Source: Tubiluchus corallicola (taxonomy: Eukaryota > Animalia > Priapulida). From it: 64,000 nucleotides of DNA. Position 1 is the stretch's first letter. Every line of letters starts with the position of its first letter. The stretch is from the NCBI GenBank assembly GCA_030141605.1, contig JAQGDQ010000120.1, forward strand, positions 434,001 through 498,000. Direction: 5' to 3'. The notes under the pieces were generated by a model that saw only the letters and a list, made by a program, of their open reading frames with translations, searched no databases and was not told the DNA's origin. The translations under genes were made by a program, and so were the position numbers. Shown piece by piece: positions 40,501-54,104 of this stretch.

Positions 40501-43235
40501 GCGCGTATGACGATATGGGCTCCCTATGACCTGTCAGTAGTGTATGTCAATGAATAAATAAAAATGTTTACAACTTTCACACTGACTACACAATATGGCA
40601 GTTCAAAAGTGAACTTAATAGAGCAAAATTAATTTTCAGATGAAATCAATTTTGAAAGAATGTGTTGAAGTACCTGGTGTTCGAAAAAACAGCTTTTTGT
40701 TATCTAATGTTCAAGAGTTATGATAATGTTGTAATAATAGCGAAGGAAGGAAGTTTTGCATGCTATGCACGCATAGTGGTGTGTGTGTACTGTGTAAATC
40801 TAGATGTTTCTGTTTTTTGTCTGTTATGCCACCTTTTAGTAAAAAGTTCCAAAAATTTATTCAACTGCGTTTGAAACTCTTCACAGAAAAATATTTATTG
40901 GGCGATAAGTTATTTTTGTGTAACCTTCGCTGGCTTCCATTTTAATGTAACTGTCCCCAAAATTTAAATTAATTGTTTGGCGAAATATGCAGTAGACAGT
41001 ATTGCTTACTACATGGTGATGATGGTGGCGGCTTGGTGGTGATGATGGTGATAGTGATGATATTGTGCCGCGGCTATGGCCATAGTTAAATCAAGAAAGT
41101 TACCGGACCTGTGATTAACGCAAAAAAATTATCAAAGCTTTTAATCTTTGTTTTAAAACTTTTGAACCCTTTTTGATAATTCGATCCTCTTTAATGCATT
41201 TTGTCCTTTGGGGTGCGGTGTTTCCTCATTTATAATGTGAAACCAGTGTGTCAGATGACTGTGTATGCACTGTACTCCACGAGATGCTCAAAGTCAGCAC
41301 GGTAATTATTGCTATTTAATTAATTAACGCTAGGTAAATAAATTGAATAACGAACATTTAAACCCTCGCGAGAAGGTAAAAAGTAGCGTAATTATCATAT
41401 GAAAATATGAAAGTTTGAGCGTTGGATGACAGTTATTAATTATGTAAAGGTGGAGAGATGTAAGTCTTAACAATTGGAGATTAACGCAATAAATAAGTAC
41501 ATAAATGATATAAACGGATAGACACTTAAACGGTAATAAAAATTAAAAATTAAATAAAATTGCATGGTTTGGTAATGATGAAGGTACCCGTTTTTGGTTC
41601 ATTTGTATCTAACAAGCTCTGCATTGGGTTTGAAAGTTGTCACACTATAAACGGACTATTTATGTATGAACATGTATAGTAAAAAGTATCTGAATTTTTT
41701 ATACTTTGCAAGTTAATTAGTTGTTCATTTGACAGCATAAATTTTTGATTTGCCCTATTGCCATGTCTGATTTCTTATTACCTTGACTCACTTGACTGAG
41801 TTTACAGCTTATGTATATATTTGGGTTAAAGCTGCCCACATCTTTGCTTTAGTGAGTTAAGTTGCTTTAGATACTTATTATTGCAAATTCTGGTTGTATG
41901 TTAGCCTATTCCAAAATAATTATGTATGTAATAGTTGGATTTGCACTAAATCCGAGTTTTTTTGTATGAATATTCGGTTTTAGCAATGTTGTATGGTTTA
42001 CGAGCAAGCAGTGGCCCACTTATAAAAAGTGCTTCCACCTGGGAGGAGTCAAAATGTAAAAATCTTCTATTAGACGACTTATTTTCGTATTTGTACGTCC
42101 TGTGCTTTAGATTGACGTGCTGGCTTGAGTACAAGTATGAGCAATTGAGCGTCACAATGGCGGCTGCTGTAAGAAACCACAAACCAGTTGATGATTGCAG
42201 ACCATTAACCAATCAGAATCACGGCGTCCTTGTCCTAGTTTCAGTGTGTTGCCTCGTACTGGACCGATGACATCTTGTCCTTGTCATGCAAGCCATTCCG
42301 CTTGCAATCATTGCTCCCTATCTGCGGACAGCGCGTTGCCTTCTGTACACCGCAGTTTCTGCCAACTTTATTATAAGCCAGTCTGGGTTTGCAAAAATAC
42401 TTCCCAATACATATTAAAACAGTATTTGTAATAGAATGATTAAAAAATACTTTTATGTGTGCAGCATTATAATAATATTTTAATTCTAGAAAATTTATGT
42501 TAGTATTTAGCTAACTAGAAGAATATCACGAAAACTAAGTTGAATTTTTTTATAACTTACACGTAAACAGTGTTGTAGAGTAAAGCGCTACCTTGTCTAC
42601 TTATTTTAAAAAAATTTCGGTACATTATTGCCATAAAACAAATAAAAATATATAGATGATTTCTATGTAAAATCAGATGTGAATTACTTACAATAACAAA
42701 AAATAATTTTGTTTTAATTTCCTTGTGACTAATGTAATATACACCTCGCTTTGCAAATAATCTGTTTTTGATTTATTAAGTTATCAACTCTCAGAAGATA
42801 ACTAAGAGTAGAAAGGTACATCGCTTCCCTGATGCATTTTCAGCATTATTAAGTCATGTCAAACCAACTAAAGTTAGTCTTTCGGCAATTCCTAAACAAG
42901 CTTTTGGAAAATTGAACACTTATGAATGTATTTCTTGCTTGTTTTTTTTTACAAATATCCGTGCTGTGACTGTCATCGCTTCAGAATGCAACAGCTAATT
43001 ATTTTTTATTTATTTCAAGGTGGTTTATCTCATTTGTTTTTAGAAACTGCCCCACTATTTCAAATTAATCTCTTTCAAAGTCTTCGCTGTTTGTAATACT
43101 GTAATTGCAATCAACATCTCTGTCTGTATGTCAATATGTTAAACTTGTTCATAAACAAACGGGTTATTCGTTATCCACGAATGCTGGGTTTATTGCCGAT
43201 AGCAACTACTTCCCACGTATGCTAATGATGAGTAA

Positions 43236-43616
<381 letters not shown>

Positions 43617-46600
43617 TAATTTAAATTTCTGAGATGAAACAGATTTTATGGCAGCATTTCTATGGATTCTAGATAACACATATCCAGGCAGTTGGACAGA
43701 AAAAACTCAATAAGCTAGTAAACCCAGTGCTTCCCATTTCAGACTAGTTAGTTTAACAGTGAGTTTTCAAAGTCAATTTCATAGTGTGTCTGCCTTACTG
43801 AACTTTCTTGAGAACTTTAATTAGAGATACTTTATTAAAGCACTTTCTCGTTTAACTACACCCTTTGTAAATTTAGTGTAAATTTTTAATTGGTCCTACA
43901 AATTTGTTACTGCTAGAGAATCGCACAAAGCCAAACTTGCCAGAATCCATCATTAGAACTTTTCATAAGGTAAACCACAAGGTTACATGTTGCCTCTAAT
44001 ATTTCTAAAACTCTGCATTTCTTATTTGAATATCTAGTGAAAATGAGTTAACTTTTCCATGAGCTTCCCATTTGTAAAAGTAACCAAGAATCTTCTTTAT
44101 TACCCCGTTTTTTATATTAATTATTTTTGTGCCTCTGTATTTTTTTAAATTTAGTCTACTCATCGCCAGAAGGACAAATGTTCTGTTTTTTGTAGTTCTC
44201 ACAGTGCCTTGCATTAATTTGAATTTTATTGTGAGTACAAAAAATGGAAAAAATAACTTGTCAGCAAGACATAGCGGTTTTTTTGTGGAAGCGCCCTATT
44301 ACGTCAATTCCTTAGCTCGTCATGAGAATTAGCGAGTTTACTTTTTAAATAAAACGTTCTGCCACTTTACAGGCCGAACAAGTTAAAAAAGGTGAGCTTA
44401 AAAACTGACAAATGAGCCAACAGATTTTCTGAAATAAGCTAACTGTTTTTCTGCGAGAAATAGTTCACGCACAACTAATTGCACTCTGGTAGTTCTTCTA
44501 GAATGAAAAAGTTAAACGTGATTCCCTGATTGGTCATCTATCTGCTGTACTTAAAGTGTGCTGAATTATGTAACTTGTATTGTATCTGTAGAAGCATAGA
44601 CCGTTGCATGTGTGTTGGTTTTTGTTGAGCATTACATTTACGTTCCAGCTTTCCAGGTACTCATGCATTATACTATTTTCATATGTACTATTTTTAGGTG
44701 GTGCCTGGAATTTATGCGCATCAAAAATTGACCTTTTATCCTAGGTAACCTTTCAGCACCTAAGCAATAAATTGCAGTGGACTGTCTTGCTATGGCTGCT
44801 AATTTTAAACTAAGGAGAATTTAGGAGATTAATTGAATGGCATATTAATTGCGAAATTGCATTAACGCTTGACGTTATTGCTGAATTAGTCTAGGTTTCT
44901 AGGACAGTACTTAATACACGCGGCGCAGATTTTGGTCGTGTAGCTAGGCAAAAAACATTTGGAAATGCGGAATTACATACTTCTTTCAACAACCGCACAG
45001 ATTTTTTTTAAATGCAGAAATTAGACTGGTTATTTCGAAATGAAAATGGTTTTCGATTTCTCTTTCGAATTTTAAAACCTTGCTTTTTCTGCGGTGCCCC
45101 ATTTGGGCGGAGGACTCGGCGTGGAACTGGTAGGCGATTTGCCTCTGATGTCTGGTTATTATTTTTATTCGTCTGGCATTGAACGAGCACTAGAGCAGCG
45201 AACTCGTTGGTTAGACGCCGATTCAGCTGTCTGTCACAGCTTTTATGAACCTTTAATAATGTAAATTCTTCGAATCTATTTCACTTTACGGCTGCAGCAT
45301 CTTCAGAGAATTGGCTTGCAAGATAACTGTCACGGCGTGCAGCCGCAACAACTTTTCAAAATTTACTTGTGTGGCCGAGCAAATTGCCGTCGTTTTACCC
45401 GTCTGTTTCGAAACTGCGCTCGATTCCTCAGTCGATCATAAGTGGTTGTACTGCAAAGGTACACATTTTAGTTGACCTGGCCGTTTGAGCAGTTCTATAT
45501 CATTTCCATAGTTTGCGAGGGGAGTAGGACTCAAAATGTGACTTTTGAAGGTCTGGTGGGCAGTGCAAAGTAAACTTTGTAATAGTTTAGTTTGTTTAAA
45601 TTTTGCATATGTTAGTGAATTTACACAATACAGACAATACTGATGCAAGCCTTTAATATCTTCGCAGTGTATGTGCAGGGCGCATGCATTCGATACAAAT
45701 AAAGAGAATAATGGTATCACAGCTGTCTAAAACGTCATTAGATTAAAAATAAGATTTTGCGGAATTATTGCAAAGAGAAGCCTTGCATTATTATTGTTAA
45801 TTGCCCTTGGCGTTTTTTGGATTTTGGGAAAAAGGAAATTTGACTTTTGAAATAAATTTGTGCCCTCGTGTGAAACAGTGAACGTGTATGCGATTTTATT
45901 CGACAACATGACTCATTTAAAACATTGCAAATGGATCAGTGGATGCAAGGTGGCAGTTTTGCGTTTTTTTTTGGTTACCTCGGTATTTTATTTTTCCAAA
46001 CGAGCACAACGTGTGTTCGAACGAATGGTTTCCGTTTACACAGGCTTAATAGTGGGGTTTAGTTGTGTATTTATGCATGTGCCGAAAAAAGTCGACGACC
46101 TAGCGCTGTTCACCCAATGTCTACGCACCATACGCGCTGATTGGTCTCTGTCACACTTGTCGCTTGGTTGTTTGTAATATTCTGAATCGTAATTATATAT
46201 GCATGTATTGTATTCGCTGTGGTGGCTTACAGTAAATTTTAATGCGAGCGAATGGTCGTAGAATAGTTTTCACATATTTGTCTTTTTTATTATAGTCCAT
46301 CAAGTTGTCATAATAAGCGTAAGCTGACTATCATAATTACAAAATTGCATGCAAAACGATTTACAGGAACTATATGGGCCATTTCGTCCTGGTGAGTAGT
46401 TAATAGGCTAAACAAGAAGAAAAATGGTTTAACGCAACGTACACTTTCTATGTGAACTGCATGGATTATATTTATACACCTTAAGCGAGTACGTGTAGTG
46501 CAGTATATATACCTGTACTATTCAGTATCCAAAGATCGGATGTATAACATAAATCATCTTTTCAAAACGCAGTGGAAGTTTGGAAGTTCGCTATTATGAT

Positions 46601-49600
46601 TTTGTTCGTAGGTGTGCCGATCTTAATTGTGATGTTGAAAGCAAAATCAGCGCTGTGGTAACATGGCAAGTACAATATACGGAACATATAGAAGGGAGTC
46701 ATCTACTCAATTGCTTTTATGTCGAAGTATGTCTATGTGCATGAGATAAAAATGCATGAAATGTATAGCAATCATTTGAATACAATGAATATTAAACTTA
46801 CGAGCAAAAAGGATGTAAACGCCTGAAGTACGATCGCCTTGCCTTAAATTCATGTATTTATTATTACTTTATCCAATTTCTTTACGTGTTTACTGTTTAC
46901 TGACTACCTGGTCCTAGAATGAACTAGTTTTCGTTTAGGGCTCGTTATGTGAGCGTTGTTGCGTTGACGAGAGACAATAAATCCTTGAGCCATGACGTCA
47001 TTGTCTGGCTTCTTTTGCTAGCTCAGTTTATTGGCTCGACCGCTGTCCTCTCTCTGACTAATGAAAACATTGATACGCTCTGAGCTGGCTTTATCGTCTC
47101 GCACTTATGTCTGTCCTTCTCTAATTGGCTTCATTTTTCTTGCTCGTCCTTTTGCTTTCACTGTGTCTGACCTCTGCAGTGCCTTCATTTATTTACTGAT
47201 CAGTAACGACTCGCCTGACTTTTTTGTAGAGACTTGTTAAGCTATTTAATCATGGGTGTAAACATAACCATATTTTCTACATAATGAGTCAATATTTATG
47301 GATGTAGACCCTATTTTGTTTGTTTGTTTAAATAGGGAAGCTGGGTAAATGCGGCTAAGTTAAGCTATTCTTACTTGTATATTAAAGGAACGCGTGTTAT
47401 TAACCTGGCAGTTCCTGTGAATTTTGTTTTAAAAGTAAGAAGGTGTAGCCAGCAAAACACGTAAATAAATTCGATAAAAACAAATAATAATAAACACATG
47501 ATTTTTAGGCCAGGCAGATCTCAGTTCATATGTATTCAAGTAATTGCTATACATTCTCATGTATTTTTATTTCGTGTGTACAAACATACTTCGATACAAA
47601 GCCCTTGAAGTAGACGACTCTCTTCATTTATCTGCTCAATGTGCTTAGGTGGTTAGATGATACCTGTAAGTCGTGTATGTTCATCCTTAGAAAGTGACTT
47701 TGTCGCGCCAATCTAAGGTTTACTTTTCCAAAATAATTTAATAAATTTTCACCAGCTGCATTTCAGGTATTGCAACAGTAATGTAGCAGCTTACCACCTG
47801 CATCACTCGACCTAAAACATATTGATCTAATTTTACAGCGTTACACGCACGCGTTTTATTTTATTAGCTTGTGGCTAGACTATCTTTTTCTAATTTTTGC
47901 TGCCACATTTAGGAGCTCACGAATCTCGCATGCATTGATCCAGGCGTGTACGGTTTGGCTGTCCCATTGCTGGTTTCCGGCTCTCTGATCCGGAACTGTA
48001 AGTTTAGTTAACCCATTGCGTTTGCATACTAATGTGTCATACTGTAAAGTCTTCCATGCATTGAAAGCTCAAATCGAGAAAATACATGCAAGTTTTTTAT
48101 TAACTTCTCATTACACGGTTATCTTCGTGCGTGCCGTCTGTGCGACTCCTAAAGGGTCATTGTGTAATACTCTGCGATGAAGCCTCCCAGTACTGTGCGA
48201 CCTTCTCTTGCTTTTTCAAGGAGTACTACTTATCGATTGGGAGGCGAAAAAGGATTGTGACCTCTACGTGTCGTCCTCCGGTGCGGCTGTGCAATTCACA
48301 GTGGTTGTACTCCCCATGATGTTTGAGAGCAGCAGCTCAAGCTCGAGAAGAGAAGCCAGTCATAGCACAGACATGCGCCAGACCGTCTAAATATATCGCC
48401 CGGCGCTTGCTAGGCGACATCAACACCATGTTTAGTAATCAGCTTGTCTGTGTTGTAGGACGCTGCACTCTCCCCCTTTAGCGGAATTTATGTGGAGGGT
48501 TGCTGGTTTTAAAAAATGCGGTGCGTTATTTTGTACGGAATTTCAGTTTTGTTTAGCAAAATTCTAATTTAATTGGTCAAAATTTTACTTTGTTAGGCAT
48601 TCCGAGCTATCTATCCACGTTTTCTGTAGTGTAAGGGCTTAAAAACAGGAGTTTGTAGATTATAAGAGCAAGCCTTTAACTTAAATATGTCTTTGCCTCA
48701 AGATCTTTCCATTAAGTTTAACCTGGCGGTTTTCTATTTTCTTTACGGTTTACCGTTTGCTTGTTGTTTTTTCCAAGTTTACTCCCTGAAAAGTTACGTT
48801 ATATTTACCAATGTTGTTGTAAAGGTGGCAAATAAAACCTATAATATTCAACTAAGCAAGCACATTTTGTCCAATGATCAAATACTAAGAAACACTTCTG
48901 CTTCTCCTATACTTCTCATGGTCAGATAGTTTCTTTACCCCCTGCTTTTAGAGTAAACACGTCTTATAATCAAGAATGTTGTGTTGTCTAGTCGAAAAAT
49001 GCATAGCATACATGGCATTGGAGCTTGTTCCAGCTTTCAGCGTCGCTTGAATGTTTTCTATTTGTGTTTATGGGTATCATTTGGCAAAAAACACTTCGAT
49101 AGAATCAGCTGTTGGTCATGATGGAATTTTCTATTTGTTGACGTTTTTAATGCGTATATAAGCCTGTACTGTATGTACACTTTTCCTTACAGTTCGCTTC
49201 AAATAAGGCCAGCGGCCATGGAGTATGAGAGGCCATAACAGAAATATGGCGAAATATTCAAAAAAAGTTGTAATTAACTTGATAATGACAGGAAAGCAAT
49301 TTCTGATAAAATTTAGCTATCAGTTTATATTATTAAGTGAGTGATTATTCTTTTATACATGTTAATTTAAATTAAGAATATAAACTTGTAATGAATTTCA
49401 ATTTGAACAAGCGACTTGAGCCCAAATTTCTATGATGGCTTACTTTCTTTTCAAAATTTCGGAGTGCTTGTTTGTGCGAGTAAGAGTAATTATCGAGTAA
49501 TTAGATAATTAATTATAAGGTCAAAACTAATCACAAATTACTCTAATTAAATTAATTATTTGTCCCATGGCTGAAAATCTCGGCTGAAATCGTTGATTGT

Positions 49601-50204
49601 TATAGCGCACTTTTATTTGCCCTTTCTCATTCACTCAGTTATTGTTACTGTCTCTCTATTTCATACTCACCCACAAAAATGTGCTCACGCCTCCTCTGTC
49701 TTTGTGATTTTGTGCAAATTGTAAACAATAAATTCTCTGTTAGCAAACACTCAAAGAAGCCTTCTGGATGAGGTTAAGCGCTTTTTAATCTTCCATTTTG
49801 CAATCTGACCGTTTTTCTCTCAAGCTTTCATTTCACGATCCTGTCTAGTGACGTTGGCATTAATAATGGACATTTTTAATCGCAGCAACAGAGTAGTGAT
49901 GTGTGTATTATTAACGAGAAGCTCATCTTCAGCCCCAGGGAGTGCTTATTTTTCATCACTTCAACTGTCACAAGTGATAGTCCGTTTATTTTTGAGGACA
50001 TAGCAAGGACGAGCCTGCCTGACAGATTCAAGAAACTATACTGCTTCTTGATGACGTTTAAAATGAAGCAGGCGTATAAGTGCTTCGAAATGGGATTTCG
50101 TTATAGGTCTGAGAATTCAACGTAATACTCGTAAGGTTGCCCAAATTAAAATTTTTGATCTTTTCTCAAGAAAACAAAATAGGAACAATTCCGAATTAGC
50201 AGGT

Positions 50205-51525
50205 AAAACTGAATCGGTTATTTTTTCTCGTAAAACTCATCCACCGTTTCATCAAGGGACAAAAATCGGTTATTATATTCAGCATAAATATTTGGGCTTA
50301 ATTTTAACCAGTAATTTAACTTGTAACGTTCACATTGCTCATATTTTAGCTAAAGCTTCTAAACGTTTACACCCTTTGCGTAAAATCAAATTTCTTGTCG
50401 ATAGATGGGCTTTAGACAAAGTACACGAATCGTATATTAGACCGTTACTTGACTACTGAGACTGCATTTGGGATAAGTGTTCTGAAGCGAGTGCTCTAGC
50501 TGTTGTGCAAATTCAGGACCATGCTTCGTTAGTAGTCTCTTGAGCTGTTTATGGTACAAGCGAGGAATTGCGGAGAAATCTCTCTTGGGGAAAAGATGGC
50601 ACACAGAAGATAGATCATTCATAAAATGACTTTATTTTACAATATTGCTAAAGGAGCTTCTCCGTATCACCTTAAGTACTTCTATACTTACACAACATAG
50701 TTTATGATAGAACTTACTATAATTTACGTAATAGTGAAAATTTGTCGTTAATGTTTAGTAATTTTAACTACTTTCAATCAAGTGTCTTTCCTTGTTGTAT
50801 AAAAGGATGGAATGAGCTTTCTGTTGATGTTAGAAATAAATCTTCGGTCAGTAGTTAAAACTTACCGTCCTCCCCTCAAATCTTGTTATTTTTCTGGTTC
50901 ACGTTGCGCTTCGGGGTTAGCCTATAGATTAACATTGGGTGCAAATGCTTTAAAGTACTCTCTGTACGAACGCAGCTTATCATGTTCACCTATTTTGTGA
51001 CAAACGTAATTTGCAAACTGAAGATGTGTTACATTATTTACTAGTATGCCCATTTTACAATGCTATGAGATTACCTTACTTGAGTAAAGTAAATGTTTAA
51101 TAGTAGCCCCTCGTGTTAATTTCAATGACCTTCTGTTGGTCGATAAAGCTAAACTTTTAGTTGCTGAATCTGATTTGTTTCCAAATTATATTAATCAAAC
51201 ATTGCTTAATGAAACACAAATGTACATTATTAAGACTAAAAGGCAAATTTAGTAGATTAAAGTTTCTATTGCTATCATAATTATCTGAATACACCTCAAA
51301 TACCGTTATTGCTTTGACTAGCTAAGACAGTAGCGATTACAATAATAACTACCGTCTTAGTTGGTCAAAGCAATAACACTATCTTATTCAATGTGTCGAC
51401 CGATTGTTTAATTGGCGCTAGTTTAGAGTGCATGACTGGTGTACTTTTGCTCGGAAATTAATTCAGAAAAATGTTTGATTAAGCAGTAGAGCTGCTTTAT
51501 TGATGATTCTGAAGTAAATAAATAT
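50205..51525 (+). mobile_element. 5'-truncated, decayed CR1-clade LINE (ORF2 C-terminus plus 3' tail)
   Basis: Pieced translation KTESVIFSRK..HKYLGLILTSNLTCNVHIAHILAKASKRLHPLRKIKFLVDRWALDKVHESYIRPLLDY..CIWDKCS..YNLRN..SSVFPCCIKGWNELSVDVRN..CDKRNLQTEDVLHYLLVCPFY..TKRQI* (stop 51250-51252), with frameshifts and stops. Tail has an aagcag/ctgctt stem-loop before AATAAA. Confidence 0.85.
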
Positions 51526-52435
51526 CTTTATATAAAAAATATTTGGACTGTCTTAATCACTGGGGAACATGGTGGCATAATGTAAGCAGAAGATATCTTG
51601 TTCAAATCCAGGCTGTTTTTCCAACTTTTCACATGTCCTGTTTGGTATCAAAAACTTAATAACGTGTTTGCCCACGCGGTTTGCCCTACCAACACAGATT
51701 AATAATAATCTTAACTTAATTAAGGCTTCTCTACTACATTACTAAGAAAGTATTCTAAAACATTATCACACTTTACATTGTATTGTTTACATTTAGAATC
51801 TTTTAAATTTGTTTTTAGAATTTAAATTGAATCTTTTTTTTGCAGAATTTCTTCAATGCAAAACAGTAGTTAAAAGCGCACAAAATAAAAGATACCGAAT
51901 TTATTTTTAGCACTATACCGGAATTTGTTAAAAAACACTACTGCTACTACTACTCTAACTTCTTGGCAGTCACTCACCCTCCTTGGTCATTTCATTCACG
52001 TTTGCATTAGGAACTTTTCCTACATATTCTCAACTACTTCAACTTCAAATCCATCCTATAAAATGCCAAAGTGCCAAAGTTTGCATTGTGGAGCTTTCAC
52101 GTGTTATTGCAGTGTGTACAATTTTTCTGGTCAGTGGTCACTGGTCACATTTTGTGTACTGTGTTACAACTGTTGCAGTAGTCTAACATTGATTGCTTTA
52201 TAATGTTGTGAGTATCCCTTTAAATACGCCTAAATTTCCATAGAACTCATGGTTTGGCAGACGCCACAGCAACGTCATTTAACTTTTACTACATCTACTC
52301 CAGAGAATTTATTAGACCAAAAAAGATGGAGAATCGTGTTATTTTTATACCAAATATCCCAAGGTAAGCTTACTTGGCAAGAGTCTGTCCGGATTGCATG
52401 TTGTTCTGTAGTGATAATTTCCTACATGTTTTTAG

Positions 52436-52651
<216 letters not shown>

Positions 52652-53087
52652 TAATAAAGCTGAAGTACCCCGCATAACTGCAGTGACAGTTTGAGTTTAT
52701 TGTTTTACAGTTTAATGTTAGAGATTGTCAAAATCTGTTCTCTTCGTGGATGTCATCATTGCCATTGCTTTTGTGAGTGTCCCTTTGTTGCTGTGTTTTT
52801 GTCCGGTTAGAAGTTTTCCTTTGTACATGATTTTCAGAAAATCCTTTACTTTGCTCGTCTGTGGCTCATGTTGACAGTGATCATGCAATGTCCACTGTTA
52901 AGTTACTGTTATGTTCTTCTTTGGGAAGGTAATATTAACTTGCTGGTCGAACAAGGTTCAGTTTTATTTAAAGCACCAAATGCCAACATTAAAATTTTTT
53001 CTCATTTTTTACCATTTCAGTTGAGACGCTGATAGCAAGAATCGGATATGCTGCTGCAGTCTTTTTCTTACAAGTCTATTATGAATA

Positions 53088-53178
53088 ACACATATTATAC
53101 AATTATTGTGGTAACCTAAGTTTGGTATATATATATATATATATACTTGGGTTACCACAATAATTTTATAAAATGTGT
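53088..53178. repeat. Long palindrome with (TA)n centre
   Basis: aattattgtggtaacctaagt (53101-53121) / acttgggttaccacaataatt (53145-53165), 20/21 complementary; outer acacat/atgtgt. Confidence 0.85.
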
Positions 53179-54084
53179 ATATATATATATCAATGTGACA
53201 CATTTATGCCGAAAAGACAATCTATGTTATTGTGCAATGTCAATATACATGTTGTGCTATCAAAAATGCAGATTCTTCTAGCAGTTCAATTAAAAGAAAG
53301 TCTTGGCCCGCCGGATTCATGTACTAAACTGACGACGGTTTCATTCTTTTAAGTGGGGCTTACGCACGCGAAAATATTTGTCTGTTATGTCCTTAGTCGT
53401 ACCCTAGTCGCGACTAGCTTCCGCGCAACTAACAGTGGTGAGATTTAAACCGAATATTGTTGAATACTATAAAGGCTGTATCTGCTAGCTCATTATAACC
53501 TAAATATTTTTCAGTAAAACTGAAAATTAAAAACAACTGAATTCCAAATGAAATATTTTATCTGGTAGGCGTGCGTACTTACCACTTTCGGCAAAAAGTG
53601 TTAAAAATAACGGTGACCTCTTTTCCGAAAAGAATTTTTCTGCTGACTAATACAAGTACATTTTTATCATTAAGATCTTGTTTACAGTTCATGTTAGCAA
53701 CAAACAAGTTCTTTCACCTATTATAGATTCATACCTTGGCAGTGTGCTGCAAAATAATAATTGTCGTTATTTATGTCTAATTAAGTGCAATCACTGGCGT
53801 GCAATGTATGGAATTTCCTGTCGAAAGTGTTGCGCTATTTCACGCATTGATGGTCTGCCGCTCAATGCATCTGTTGATATTCCAAGTGAAACTGATATTA
53901 ATGTTTATCGGACCAAGGTTAGACTTGGCAATCGTCATTTTCTAAATGTCATTGTCTCATCTTCATAAGTGACTTTGTGGTGAAATGGCTCATTTAATTT
54001 GATTAAAGCTTATTTGATATTAATGCGCAGACATTATGGAAAATGATTCCCATTTAATCTACGTAGTGTTGGTGTTGTTTATAA

Positions 54085-54104
54085 TGTGTGTGTGTGTGTG
54101 CGTG
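54085..54104. repeat. (TG)n microsatellite
   Basis: tgtgtgtgtgtgtgtgcgtg. Confidence 0.8.

Noticed and set aside
51306-51327. miR-137 homologue (TTATTGCTT start)
   Set aside because: Only the first ~9 nt match, it is on the 5' arm at the hairpin base, and the rest of the mature sequence differs.
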